Below are positions 1 through 13,699 of a stretch of 64,000 bases of DNA, one piece after another. Within the stretch, counting starts at the first letter, position 1. Each line of letters starts with the position of its first letter. Origin of the DNA: Octopus vulgaris (taxonomy: Eukaryota); contig OX597814.1 of NCBI GenBank assembly GCA_951406725.2, forward strand, positions 178,374,001-178,438,000. Reading direction: 5' to 3'. A model generated the notes under the pieces. That model had not been told where the DNA came from. It searched no databases and worked only from the letters and a program-made list of their open reading frames with translations. Made by a program: the position numbers and the translations under genes.

Positions 1-1179
1 ACATAAATATATTAACCTAGTGCTGCAAAACGAAGAGAACAACACACTACGAGTCGGCAGTGAGCTCCCTGGGAAGTGCCTCTCCCTGTTGACCTCCCAA
101 TACAACCTCAAAACATCTGGTTTAACACAACTCAAAGAAACCTTGAGTATGAAACGCTTAGCATACCGGAAAAAAAATACGATATGCGCACTGCTTTCTG
201 GGACGCATGACCGTTACATTACGTCATATTTCGAAGGCTAAGCGTTTACAATCAAAGAGCGGGAGAGTTAGTAAAATAACCTGAGACCAAAAGGAACAGG
301 TAAAGCATTTAGAACTTAATATGCAGCCGAAAATATCGATTATGCCTCATTTTTGTGGAATACATCATACATTTGATCAGAAGCTGATTCAACGTGTCAT
401 CAATCTTTTACCGCCTAAAGCAACATGACGTTGTCATTAAAACAATATACAATGACATCTGCAAAAAGGAAAAAAAAATACTTCAAAGGGATAAGTATAG
501 AGAATAGCATTCAGTGTCATTGGATTTATAAAAATTAACGCGAAAATTATTTATAGTGTATTCCCAAATATTCGTGAGTATAGTTTATTCTGCGATTGTA
601 CTTGTGGCAAACTATCACCCCCATTACAGCATTTTTGTTTTTTATCGACCGTGAATGGAGGAAAATCATTGTTTATCGCAGCGAGAATCGAACACAGATT
701 GTACCAAGTCGTTCCAAAAAAGCAATACCTTTTAGAAAACCGCCTCATGTATTGATGAACTCAGAAGCGCTATCGTAACGTATCGTGTATTTGGTTACTT
801 TAAACGGGTTGAGGCCATTCATTGCAGCTCAACTCGGTTCGAACACGGCGCATTTCTTGTGGGGGAAAAGGAGAAGGAGAGAGAGAGAGAGAGGAGAGAG
901 AGAATGAGAGAGAGGAAGAGAGAAAAACATAGGTAGGAACAGATATACAGAAGGAATCCAACATAGTTTAAGATTGGTACTTTATTTAGCGCTCTCGACT
1001 CGGATGAATAAATAACCACAAATAAGCTAAGATGGTGTATGTGATTTAATGTATGTATGCATAAATGCTTATATATATATTTGTATATATATATATATAT
1101 ATTTTAAATATATATACATACATACATATATTTATATATATACACACAGTATATATATATAGAAAGGCAAGTGATCAAA

Positions 1180-1755
1180 TGACAACACAATTAATAACAT
1201 TGACAGATATAATGATAACAACACCAATTGTTATAGCAACAAATGTATTTAATGCCACAAGCAATTGCAATAGATATAATTCCATTAGCAACAGCAACTG
1301 ATGTAATGACAGTAACAGCGGCAAGAAATGTAATGAAAGCGATAGCATAACAGATGTAATGATAACAGTACCAGATGTAATAACTGCAACATCCACAACA
1401 TGTGTAATGATGACTGCAACAGTTGTAAGGACAACAAAAACTGCAACAGATGCAAGGACAAAGACATATCAACAACTATAGTAGCAATATATATTGAAAC
1501 AACAGCGATAGATGTAATGACAAGAGTGACTACATGTTATTCCAACAAAAGCAACAGATATAATGTCAGTAATAACAGCAACAAATGTAATGACCACCAT
1601 CATCACGACAACAACGAATGTAATGCGTAACACCAAAATCAGCAACATATGTAATACTAACAACGAATGCAGTAACAGTAACAGACGATAGATGTGATAG
1701 GAATAATAACAGTAACAGACGTAACGCCAAGAGCAACCGAATGTAATGATCACGA
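1180..1755 (+). repeat. Degenerate minisatellite built on an ACAGATGTAATGA-like core
   Basis: Recurring (A/C)AGATGTAAT(G/A)A motifs separated by ACA/GCA triplets, spacing roughly 20-30 bp; no continuous frame. Confidence 0.7.
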
Positions 1756-1827
1756 AAAATGCTTTAGATCATAGACCTGTATAATCTTGGTTCACCTAAT
1801 GCTAAACAACAACAAAACAAAACAACA

Positions 1828-2149
1828 GCGCAATTGCCCAGTGGTTAGCGCAGCGGACTCGCAGTCGTAAGAACACTGTATGATTCCTAGACCGGGCATT
1901 GTGAGTGTTTATTGAGCAAAAACACCTAAGCTCCACGAGGTTCCGTCGCGCAGTGGCGGTGAACCATGCTGTACTCTTTCACCACAAATTTCTCTCACTC
2001 TTTCTTCCTACTTCTGCCGCAAAGCAGAAGAACCATGGTGTAACCCACAATCAGACCCTAGTCTAGATTGCAAATCCGCTGTACTCCCAGGATGGTTCAG
2101 TTCTCCACCCGTTAAAAGCCACCGTTTACGGAATGAGGATAACAACAAA
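1828..2149 (+). mobile_element. tRNA-derived SINE family A, diverged copy, possible tail type 3
   Basis: Head GCGCAATTGCCCAGTGGTTAG (A box) and body align with 6361-6545 up to TCTCACTCTTTCTT; the downstream sequence differs from other copies. 3' boundary approximate. Confidence 0.75.
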
Positions 2150-2283
2150 GCTTTCGCGCCGGTGCAACCGCCAGTCTATCGTGTGTGGTGGGTGGATCTT
2201 CAAGTTGCCACAAGCATTCTTAGTAACATAGAGTAGGTTCATATTTGAGATTATTCTTTGTGGCTAATGGCGTGAATTCTGAT

Positions 2284-2356
2284 TGAAAGAAGAAGAAGAA
2301 AAAGAAGAAGAAGAAGAAGAAGAAGAAGAAGAAGAAGAAGAAGAAGAAGAAGAAGA
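2284..2356 (+). repeat. (GAA)n microsatellite
   Basis: Directly visible. Confidence 0.95.
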
Positions 2357-2389
2357 CAACAACAACAACAGAGGCAATAGTTGAACAGA

Positions 2390-4020
2390 TGAAGGTGGTG
2401 GTCAGAATTGGAACGCATTTGATCATTGGTCTGCGAAGCCAGAGCTGACAACGTCTTTGCCCAGCCGGCGAAATAGCGGTCAAATTTTCTCAAATCACTA
2501 CACTGCCTTTTTAAACAAAGAAGGACATTTGAATTAGATTATGGTAGAATCAGTGTATGTATGTTGAGAGGATTGAGTGGTCACGGCTGGAATACTTTTC
2601 GTCAAAGGTCGACTCAATCTGAGCTGATTTGTAGCTAAACAATGGCAACAATAACGAGAGATGTCATAGGAAGAATAGCATAAATGATATCAAAAACAAC
2701 AGCAGCAGCCGTCCAAGAATTTGGACCTGGAGATCTCTATTTCCAGCGACTACGAAGGCCACCTCCCAGTGGTGTCGGGCGTCAACGAAGAGCCCTCGAC
2801 TACAACAAGACGACCAAAGTTTTTTCCAAGGTCTGGTGTCTCCCGCCCCTAAGCCCGGGACCATCACCTAATCACCCTTACTCGTCTTGTTGCTTAACAA
2901 CAACAACAACAACAACAGCAATAGAGATTTAATTGGGTAGGTCACCACCATCACCCAGGCATCAATTCCACCATCTTCTCTACATCTACAAATACAATAA
3001 TAACGATCAAACAACAACAACAACAATAACAAAGCAACTACAGCTCCACCTAGATGTACAAAAAAAAGCAACAATAGACATCAGTAACAAGGATTCTAAA
3101 AATATCTATAGTGCCCCCACGGTCACAAATATCACTATTGGCACCGCAGCCACCACCAGAGCTACAGTAACAACAACAACAGAATCAACAACAACAACAA
3201 CAACAACAACTATAACAGCTATAATATGAACAATATTAACTTTAAAAAGCCGACAAAGAAGCCTGTAAGTGGTTGCTTGCCAAACAAGAAATAGCAACCA
3301 ATATCCATCATATAAAAGTTATACTGGTTTAAAAGGACACACTGAGTAATAGATAAAGATGAAATTGTCACAGCTAGAATGGATAGCTTTGATTATACGT
3401 AGGTGTAAACGAACTAGGTCGACGTATAGCTTAACAACAACAGCAACAACAATAGCTTTCGTCAGCATCAGATATAGAAGTTAACCGAACAGCATTAGAA
3501 ATAACGGCGTCGTCGACAATAACACCAGAAATATTTACGTGAGTGTTTGACCTAGAAGCAACAGTGAAGCTTCCTCAAAATTTCAACGTACCGCCTTTAT
3601 AAAAAGAATGACATATTGGATAACTGTTGCCATGGATACACTTGGTCATCACTGGAATATCTTTGATCGTTGATCTTGATCAATCAAAGATGACCTGCAG
3701 CTAAACATGACCAAGAAGAATAACAACAACAATACCAATAAAAATAGGAATCACATGGCATTTAAGAACATAACTCTCAACAACAACAACAACAAAAACA
3801 ACGAGAATAAAAGAATAACAAGTTTATAACAGCATGTAAACAAAGGAATCCTATGCTGTCACTCGACCTGTATGAAATAGCAACCAAATCACTTTTGAAT
3901 CATACTCAGTGGTTTTAGAAATAGAATATATTGGACTATGAATTTCCATACAAAAGGCAGCGACAGCCAGTACACTTTTAATCAAAGGCATAACTGATTA
4001 GAGCCAACATGTGGCTAAGG
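2390..4020 (+). mobile_element. Same-orientation cluster of about 5 old, decayed short repeats (family E) ending in GCTAAACAAC(AAC)n-like tails
   Basis: Recurring blocks GAAATAGCA(A/G)CCAAAT...GGAC(A/T)CA...GTCAC(G/A)GCT(G/A)GAAT..CTTTGATC...GCTAAACA at about 2390, 2470, 3285, 3550 and 3870; a 3' fragment at 1760-1815. Confidence 0.6.
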
Positions 4021-4185
4021 CAGAGAAATAGTGGCAACCTTTAAACGAAGACGAACAACAATGAGAAGAACACCAGCAACAACGACTGTAATAACAGCGC
4101 AACCAACACCAACAACATAAACAGTAATATCAACAACAACTACTATAACAAAAGCAGACGCGGGAAACAAGAACAACACCACAAT

Positions 4186-5003
<818 letters not shown>

Positions 5004-5239
5004 AGGGCAAGAATAACAGCAACACAAAGACATTCAGAAACAGCTTGCTTCTGCCGTGAAACAAAAAGACGAATAATGATACATTGACTAAAATGTGCTT
5101 TTCTTAAAATACAATAAATGTCCAGATGGTCATGGCGGGAATGCTTATGACCTTTTCGCTGTTTAATCAGCACCTACAGCAGTAGAAGTGAAAGTGAAAG
5201 TAAGAAAAACACCAAGAGCAATAGCAAGTGCAACAAAGA

Positions 5240-5240
<1 letters not shown>

Positions 5241-5296
<56 letters not shown>

Positions 5297-5985
5297 TGGT
5301 GGTGGTAGCGGCAGCAGCAGCATTGACTACTGAAGCTTGCAGTAAGAGTTGCTGTTGCACTAAATTCACTAACTTCAATACCGCCAACATCACGATCAAC
5401 AACATCGCAACAAGAACAAGAACAACAACAACAACAACTACAGCAGAAACAGTTACAATCTCAGCAGCAGCAGCAGCAACAGTAGTAGCAGTAGCAGCAG
5501 CAGCAGCAGCGACAACAGCAGTCGTAGTAAACCAAATAATAACAACAGCAGCTTTAAAACCAACTACAAGATTATTAGCAACAAACGCAGTAGGAGTTGG
5601 AAAACAGCAACGACAAAATGTCAGAGTGTATAGTAACGAAACAACAACATCAATAATAATAATAAGAGAATGAAGAAAAAGCAACAACAAGAACGAGAAC
5701 AACAGCTACATCTACCACAACAGTAGTGAAACTAAAGTGGTAACAAGCGACAGTTACCGCTGCAACAACAGTAAGAACAACCACAACAATATCAGCAGCA
5801 GCAGATGTTTCTCAGAATAGCAGTTGAAGGCGGAATTGTAGAAGATCACATATATAAACACATGCATTCATACATACATAGATACATAAACTCATACATG
5901 CATACGTACATACATGCATGCATACATACATACATACATACATACATACATACATACATACATACATACATACATACATACATAC
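5241..5985 (+). repeat. (GTA)n, (GCA/ACA) cryptic repeats and (CATA)n microsatellite
   Basis: Directly visible. Confidence 0.9.
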
Positions 5986-6360
5986 GTGCATAATCCGTGC
6001 GTACACACGTACGCAAACTTACACACGTACAATTAGGAGAGTCGAAATGTTTTAGAGTTTCGCTGTTATCTCCAACTTTGTGCGAATCATTGTTTGTTGT
6101 GTAGACTGGAAGGGAGGGAGACTGATATATCAACTGTCTGTAGGTATGCCAGCTTCTGAGCATATGTATGCCTGCAATACCTCTACAATTATGTATGTCT
6201 GAGTGTATGCATGAATGTATGTATATGTATAACGTTGCATACATAATAAATTCCATATGGACCGTCTCTTTTTCGATATATTAATATGAGCCTACATATA
6301 TAGATTATATAGACTTATATATATATATATACGTGTGTGTGTGTGTGTGTGTGTGAGACA

Positions 6361-6666
6361 GAGGCGCAATGGCCGAGTGGTTAGGGCAGCGGACACGCGT
6401 TTGTAGGATCGCGGTTTCGATTCGCAGACCGGTCATTCTGAGTGTTAATTGACCGAAAACACCTAAAGCTCCACGAGTCTCCGGCAGGGGTTGGTGGCGA
6501 TCCCTACTGTACTCTTTCGCCACAACTTTGTCTCACTCTTTCTTCTGTTGGCCTGCTCGCTTAGCCAGCGGGGTGGCGTCATTTGAAGGCTAAACCAATG
6601 CGAAGCGCATTGTGACCAGCGATGTGTAGCAACAGCTGATAGCCTGGTCAGTCACAGTGATCACGA

Positions 6667-6668
<2 letters not shown>
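6361..6668 (+). mobile_element. tRNA-derived SINE family A, tail type 1
   Basis: Pol III A box TGGCCGAGTGG and B box GGTTTCGATTC; homologous to 1828, 36846 and 62079. The anticodon position in the 1828 and 36846 copies reads TCG (Arg), as in the octopus tRNA-Arg OR-type SINEs (recalled, not searched). Confidence 0.9.
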
Positions 6669-6700
<32 letters not shown>

Positions 6701-6704
<4 letters not shown>

Positions 6705-6855
6705 CATAAGGGACTAAAGCCATCTGAATATGGCTAGGGACAGGGCAGGGTGGTGGGGGTGTTACTGTTGCATTTAGCCCCAGGCGAACAGTAACACCCC
6801 CACCACCCTGCCCTGTCCCTAGCCATATTCAGATGGCTTTAGTCCCTTATGTTAT
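6701..6855. repeat. Perfect 69-bp inverted repeat with 17-nt spacer
   Basis: 6701-6769 is the exact reverse complement of 6787-6855; flanked by (TA)n tracts. Confidence 0.95.
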
Positions 6856-6897
6856 CGAGCAGTTACTGTCTATATCCCTTTTAGAGAATTATTATTG

Positions 6898-6936
<39 letters not shown>

Positions 6937-7828
6937 CTCGAGCCTATAATGAGCAAATACTTGAAAATAAAATCAGTAGATAAGTGCTGTCTCATCAGTA
7001 AAGAACAAAGAAAATTGGGAGAGTGTTTCACTGTTTATATACTCTGTTTTTAGAAAACAGTGATGTTATAATATAGCCATAATATTAGGAACACTAGAAG
7101 AATTTGTAATAAAAGAATTTACAAAGATATTAGAATTTTCGAAATTAACATTTTTACAGTGAATATAAAATGTACCGCTATAAATAATAACATAAATCTT
7201 ATCTTGCGGATGTAGTTACCACGGAGCTCAATAAAGAGTGAGACGAAGTTAGTTTAGAAGAGGAATATGAATCTTGAAGTAGTTAGGGCAATATTTTATG
7301 GAGAGAGAGTCAAACGAAATGTAAAATGAAGATTTATAAGGAAGATATAAGGAAGCTATATATCGCAATATATACATTACTTGTTCTGCATCTTACGTAA
7401 CTTTCCATGTATTTCCCCCTATAATTAGTAGGAAAAGTTTTACACTTCAATCTAATGTTAATTTATAGCTGTTTGGATACATCTTTAAAAATATTTTACA
7501 AACAAATGATGTATGGTCTTTAGGCTTACATCCTCAATTTCTATACTATGGTGTGTATAATTAAGAAAAAAACTATTTCAGACGCCTATGTCCATAATTT
7601 AATGAATGTCTGAATGCTAGAAACATGATCCTGTCCAGTGAATTAATCTAATATATTTTTGTATCTTATAAAGCTTTACCTTTTTAATGTGTCTTCGGTT
7701 TAACTACATTTATGCAACATGATATTGAAGCTCAAAAAGTTATTTCTTATAATTTTTATTGAGTCCCCTCCATATCACTTCACATTAAAATTATTTTTGT
7801 CTTAATGTCAATATATTTACTCTCTCTC

Positions 7829-7830
<2 letters not shown>

Positions 7831-7903
<73 letters not shown>

Positions 7904-7918
7904 ACACACACACATACA
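7831..7918 (+). repeat. (CA)n microsatellite
   Basis: Directly visible. Confidence 0.95.
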
Positions 7919-8641
7919 CGCCTATTAGCTTTGATTGTGGTTTTACAAACAGCTGCCTGTTTTTGTATGTGTACTGATAGCATCATGAGACATCTAATGA
8001 ACTGATTGCCAGTTGCAATTTGTGAATCCAAATTAATTAATATATAAGCTACACTTAAAATGTAATGTGACCTTCATGCTAATGAGGTCTTCGTCGTTTG
8101 GCGAAATATATATATATTTATATATATATAGATAGATATAGATATAGATATAGATATATATTTATTTGTATATATGTATATATTTGTATATATATACATT
8201 ACATACATACATACGTACATACATACACACATAATTATATATGTGTCTGTGCGCATGTGTGTATGTATGTACATATATGTAAATATCTATGTATGTATAC
8301 ATGCATGTATATATCTTCATATATACAGATAAATATATGTATATATTTATGTACGTGTGTACATTTTGATTAGTTACTGTCTTTCACTTTATAAATATGA
8401 CGAAATAGAGATGTGACATGACAATACATACATCAAGAACAAATATTTACAAGCACTTCGAAATATGATGTGCCTACAGTGCTTAGAGATTTTGTCTGCT
8501 GCTGAAATATTGCCAGAACATGCATCATAGATTCAATTGTATGTGTTTATTACATGACATTTTCGGATATCCGTGCATTTGGGACCATGTGTATAAGACA
8601 ACTGTTTATTGGTTGTCAGCAAATGTTTATTCGCTTTTAGT

Positions 8642-8791
8642 TGTTATATTTCTATGACCATTTTTCGGTGGATGGTACATCGATCATATAAGAAATAAGC
8701 TATTTGAGTCAGCTTGTATTTGCATATAAATAGCGAATTCGACAATTCCAATCTTTCCTTCTAACCTATCAGATTTTTTGGTATAATGCTA
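8642..8791 (+). repeat. 150-bp direct repeat, copy 1 (putative donor)
   Basis: 144/150 identical, ungapped, to 12208-12357. Confidence 0.95.
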
Positions 8792-11009
8792 CACTTCTCC
8801 GAGATAGCTATGGCATATTCTTGAAATAAGAATATAGGTGAGCACATGTTTTGTAATAGACCAAACAATATCATAAATGTTAGTTTCACCACTTTAACTT
8901 AAGGTATTTTTGAAGAGTGAAGTATTAGGCGTCTTTCTGATCATCTGATTGCATACATATGCAAAGAAGCTTTTTCCTCCACTATGCTCTACATAGTTGA
9001 TTTGATTTTCTATAAATTCAACATATATATTTTTACATATTTGTATTACATGGAAAACGGCAGCTCGGTAGGAAGACACGTATATACTGAGTGGGAATAT
9101 GTTAAGTTGTTGAAATCGCAAGTTGTTGCGATTTCATAATGGATGCTCCAATTTTGGAAGGTTTTTCCCCAATCTTATTTATAAAGATTAGAATAATCCA
9201 AGCAACATGGGAAAGGAAATTTTAATACTAGAGAGAATTAATAATATAATACCCAATTTCCTATATTTGTGTTTATGAATATTGATATTGTTGTACATGT
9301 ATTGCATGCTAACTTTCAAGACACAAATATTTTTATGATTCCCCTAATGTGCAACCGGCTTAAAAGATTTTCCCATTACAGGATAAGATTGATATACATT
9401 TATTAGTGGTAGTAACTAAGATTTTAAGAAAAAGTAGCGACTTTAAATGGATATAATTTATAGGTGTTTTGGAATGGTTATATTAACCTGTACCTGAATC
9501 AAGAATGATATATAAGAAATTAACTACTTTAAGATACACATCTTTCGTGAACTTTGAATCTAATCCTGTAAACTCTTTCTTTCCTAGCGACACCTCTTGT
9601 GTGGTTCTTCATATTTCATGAGATACGTTGTCCATTGTCATGTTACAAACCGAACTCTGCATGGGGTAATCTTCTACGAATTACCAGAAAGTATTCGAAA
9701 TTATAGAAGTTTTTAAATTTACAGACTTCAACTCCATCGTGAAAGCCCATGACTACTGCAAGAATTTCTTGGCTACTACATTTTAATCAGAATCACATTA
9801 GCATAAAAGTTAAAAAAACAAAACAAAACATTTCACCGTGCATAATAAAGTTAGTGCCAATTCATTGAATGGAAAAATACCAGTAGTTAATTCTAAACTT
9901 TTCGAAGAACGAATTAAGTGTAGTTGGCTATAACTCTGCAATATCGAACTGCATAAATTTACGGAAGTACCTCTTATCTATGTTATTGAATCACTTAATG
10001 AGAGATAACACAATCTTTTTTATCATAGGTAAGAACTAACGTGTATATTGCTGAAAAATGATACTTACTAACCCTACCTATTTCACTATTCCCGTATTAT
10101 TAATCTACAAATTGGGATTGGCAAGGAACTTATACGCTTGAGCTTTAAAACTGTTCTATGATTCAAATAAACTTAACATTTCTTATCTATCCTCTATTTT
10201 TAGACTTGTAGCTAGTTCTTTTGTTTCTGTAGTAATAGGATGGTAAGCACTAGAGGTCGCACACTACTAGATATTTGTGACATTCTTTAAATAATCAGAG
10301 CAGTTTCAAGATAATTTTTGTAAAAATGTGCGGTGTAACATATCTTACTTTATTTACTTAATATCTTTCAATACTATTTCTATTCTGCACAAGTCAGCAA
10401 TTTCGATTACATTACTCATCGAAAATTGAAAAGAAAATATAGTGTTCACAGAATACTAAAAACTGCATATATGATATATAGCCATACATACATACACACA
10501 CACACACACATACAAAACGTGTGTCTATTAGGTGTACTTCATCTATTTATCTATCTAACTCTCTCTCTCACACTCTCTCTATATATATGTGTGTGTGTGT
10601 GTGTGAGTGCGTGTATATATATATATATATATGTATAGGGAGAGAGAGATACATACATACATAAATACATACATACATTTATGTAGATATATGTATATAT
10701 GGAACAATCGCGTGTATGTGTAAATACAAACACCCGTCATTCGTAAGCGAGTATGACTCCACCGTCTGTATCATACTTTCGCTAATTAATTTAGGTGCAT
10801 ATGTAGTCAGGAGTAGCCATAGACATCTAATTATACACTCGTTCAGGTCATTGGTGACTTATGTGTATTTAGTTTCGATTGGAAAACACACCGATACACA
10901 CGCCCAAACACATACATCCAAAACATACACACACCGATACACACACTCACATAAAATTTGACATAAATAGTATTACTATTAATCAGTGGATTTGTAGAAA
11001 TGTTGAACT

Positions 11010-12880
11010 GTCGGAAAAATGTCTTTCTTTTTTCTGCTCTTGTCTGCAGATTTCCAGTCCTGCTGAGGTCAGCCATATCTTCTCTTTTCTGGGTTCTGTA
11101 ATGTACTAATCAAGTAATGGGTTGATTTATTTCTTCCTCGCCCTCTCTCCTGTCTTCTCTCCCTTTATGCCAGAAATGACTTCTCTGTGAGAAAACCTGA
11201 GAGACATACCTCTTTGTTCCAAGACAACCAAATTCACTTTGTTGTAGTGCATGGAATGTTGTTGCCCAGGCTCTGGTAGAATTTAGTCTAAAATCACTAT
11301 TACTGATATTATTAATAACAATTCATAACATGAGTAACTTGCTTTGGGCTCTCATCACCTCGATGAATTAGTAGGGGTAACCATTGAGACATATGACATG
11401 CCTAGGGCATTCATTTTAAATCTGTAGCAAACCATAATATTCTGGTATGATTCCAGCTGATTTCTTTCACAAAGAAGGAGAGAGACCATCAGAGAAAAAG
11501 AAGCAGAGGAGATTCAAACCTTGTACTTAAAATTGCACCTTATTTTCGACCTTGAAAGGATGCAAGATAATTTTTACTCCGACGAGATTGGAATTCAAAG
11601 TGCAGAGTGTCGGAATGTTGCCGCTGAGCAATCTATTCCGATTCTCTGACGAACAGCCAATGGCCTGCATTATAACACAGGTACACGACCTCATTTTGTC
11701 GGGCTTGTATAAGTATATCACACGCGGTTCTTAACTGGTGCATTTAGTTACAATCAGTGAAGAAGGAAAGGTAAATTCAAAATCAATAGGATATGAAAGC
11801 AGATCGGAAAGATACGTAACCAAATCAAGTAATCAATATTCCAAGACTCTGCTCTATAATAAAAAAACTTCTTTCAAAGATGTAAGGCTAGGAATTTGAA
11901 GTAAGGCAGACAGTTAACCCCAGTACTTATATTTACCTCAGTACTTGAATACTACCCAATGGTACTGACTGCTAAAACATGAATGGTTAGAATTAATATT
12001 TACGGGATGTGTAATCGGAAGGTCGTTTGTTTCCAAGCTCGGTTAATACGGCTAATAGACGCTGCTCAGTAACAGCAGGAATTTCTTACACAAGGACAAA
12101 GTCAGAAATTTGGTGGAGAGGTGCATTCCAGGATATAGTTCTCAATGCATCACTGATACTGTATTTTGTCGATTATGGATATATAACATTCTAACTCAGG
12201 ACCGGTGTGTTATATTTCTATGACCATTTTTCGGTGGATGGTACATCGATCATATAAGAAATAAGTTATTTGAGTCAGCTTGTATTTGCAAATAAATAGC
12301 GAATTTGACAATTCCAATCTTTCCTTCAAACCTATAAGATTTTTTAGTATAATGCTAAATCAGAATGTAATGAGTCAAAAGAACCACTTTAAAGTAATTT
12401 GACCGACGCTTTACTTATGTTGCCACTACATCGTTTTCAGTATGATAATAAAGAGGGGACACGTAAAAAGGAATAGATAATGGTTTCGAATACAGATACA
12501 AGGCCAGTCACATTAAAGTAAGGGTTTTAATTGAAGAAATGAGACTACAATTCCTAAATTAACACTAAAAAATTTAATAGCAAATTTAAACTTCAGCAGA
12601 ATTTAAAGTCACAGCATAAAGGAACATAAGGAAATCCCACGTGTCATTTTGTCTGCTTTGGTACTAAATCTGCCATCAGAATCACAGCGGATTCTAACAT
12701 ACAAGGCCGCAAATTTAAGTGGAGGTATATACGCAATCGTGTGTATAGACCCAGTACTTGAATAATTGTATTCCTTTTATTAAACTTGAAAAGAACAAAA
12801 GACCAAGTCGTTCCGGGTAGGAATTCAAGGTTGGAAAGCAAAGGGACTGTACTAGAATCATTGACGATAGTTGCCAAATT
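11010..12880 (-). mobile_element. Cluster of heavily decayed family C (Nin-type) SINE copies
   Basis: Repeated degenerate matches to CACAAGGCC..AAATT...CCCAGTAC...TTTTATCGACC..GAAAGGATG...GGAATT at about 11390, 11530, 11880, 12080, 12495 and 12700; one opposite-strand copy at about 11010-11150. Confidence 0.55.
12208..12357 (+). repeat. 150-bp direct repeat, copy 2 (inside a decayed SINE)
   Basis: 144/150 identical to 8642-8791. Confidence 0.95.
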
Positions 12881-12995
12881 CATTATTAATTGTATGTTCC
12901 ATATAATGGCTTTATTTATTTTCAATGAATATAATTCATATATTTGGTATGTATGTGTGAGTTAATTCTATTACGTAGTGTAAAATTCGTCGTTG

Positions 12996-13030
<35 letters not shown>

Positions 13031-13037
13031 ATGTGTG

Positions 13038-13088
<51 letters not shown>

Positions 13089-13201
13089 GTATGTATACGC
13101 ATATGCATATATATATACATGAATACATATATGTATGTATATGCATGTACGCATACATGTAAATACACATGTGCGGGTTACGCACACATACGTACCCCCA
13201 G

Positions 13202-13232
<31 letters not shown>

Positions 13233-13699
13233 CATGAATATGTCTGAATCCAGGTCCAGTATGTTAACTTAACAATTAAATGACATTTTGATTTCTTAAA
13301 TGGTAAGTTAAGGAAAATGATAATAATGATGTTGACAATATCATTAATACATTATAGTTTAGTTATCGCAAGGGCTTCAAAGTTTGGAAACTAAGAATAC
13401 AATAGGATATCTACTGATTTCTTTGTTATACAGGCATTAGAAGTTTTGGCTGTAACGGTTTTCCATAGTTACGTGAACATTTCTCGCAAATTCTATGCCT
13501 TGTACAAATACTGAAGACAATGATGATAATGAGGGGTAGGAGGAAATAGAATAAAAATAGGTGTAGGAGTAGATAGATGATGATAAATGTGTTGTGGGTG
13601 GTATGATAAAGATAATACCGTTGACGATGTTTGCTGCTGCCGCTGCTGATGATACTGTCTGTAATGTTAAGAATCGTGAATAAACAAAAGTGAATGCAT

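Noticed and set aside
6361-6432. tRNA-like cloverleaf with A and B boxes
   Set aside because: Head of a multi-copy SINE continuing into a shared body, not a tRNA gene.
8400-10000. Complex sequence that might be a decayed gene (e.g. CDFNNLTY, faintly LRR-like)
   Set aside because: Frequent stops in the frames I translated and no ordered motif series; needs a frameshift-aware search.
13298-13310. Perfect donor ATG|GTAAGT on +
   Set aside because: No credible acceptor or exon upstream; expected by chance in 64 kb.
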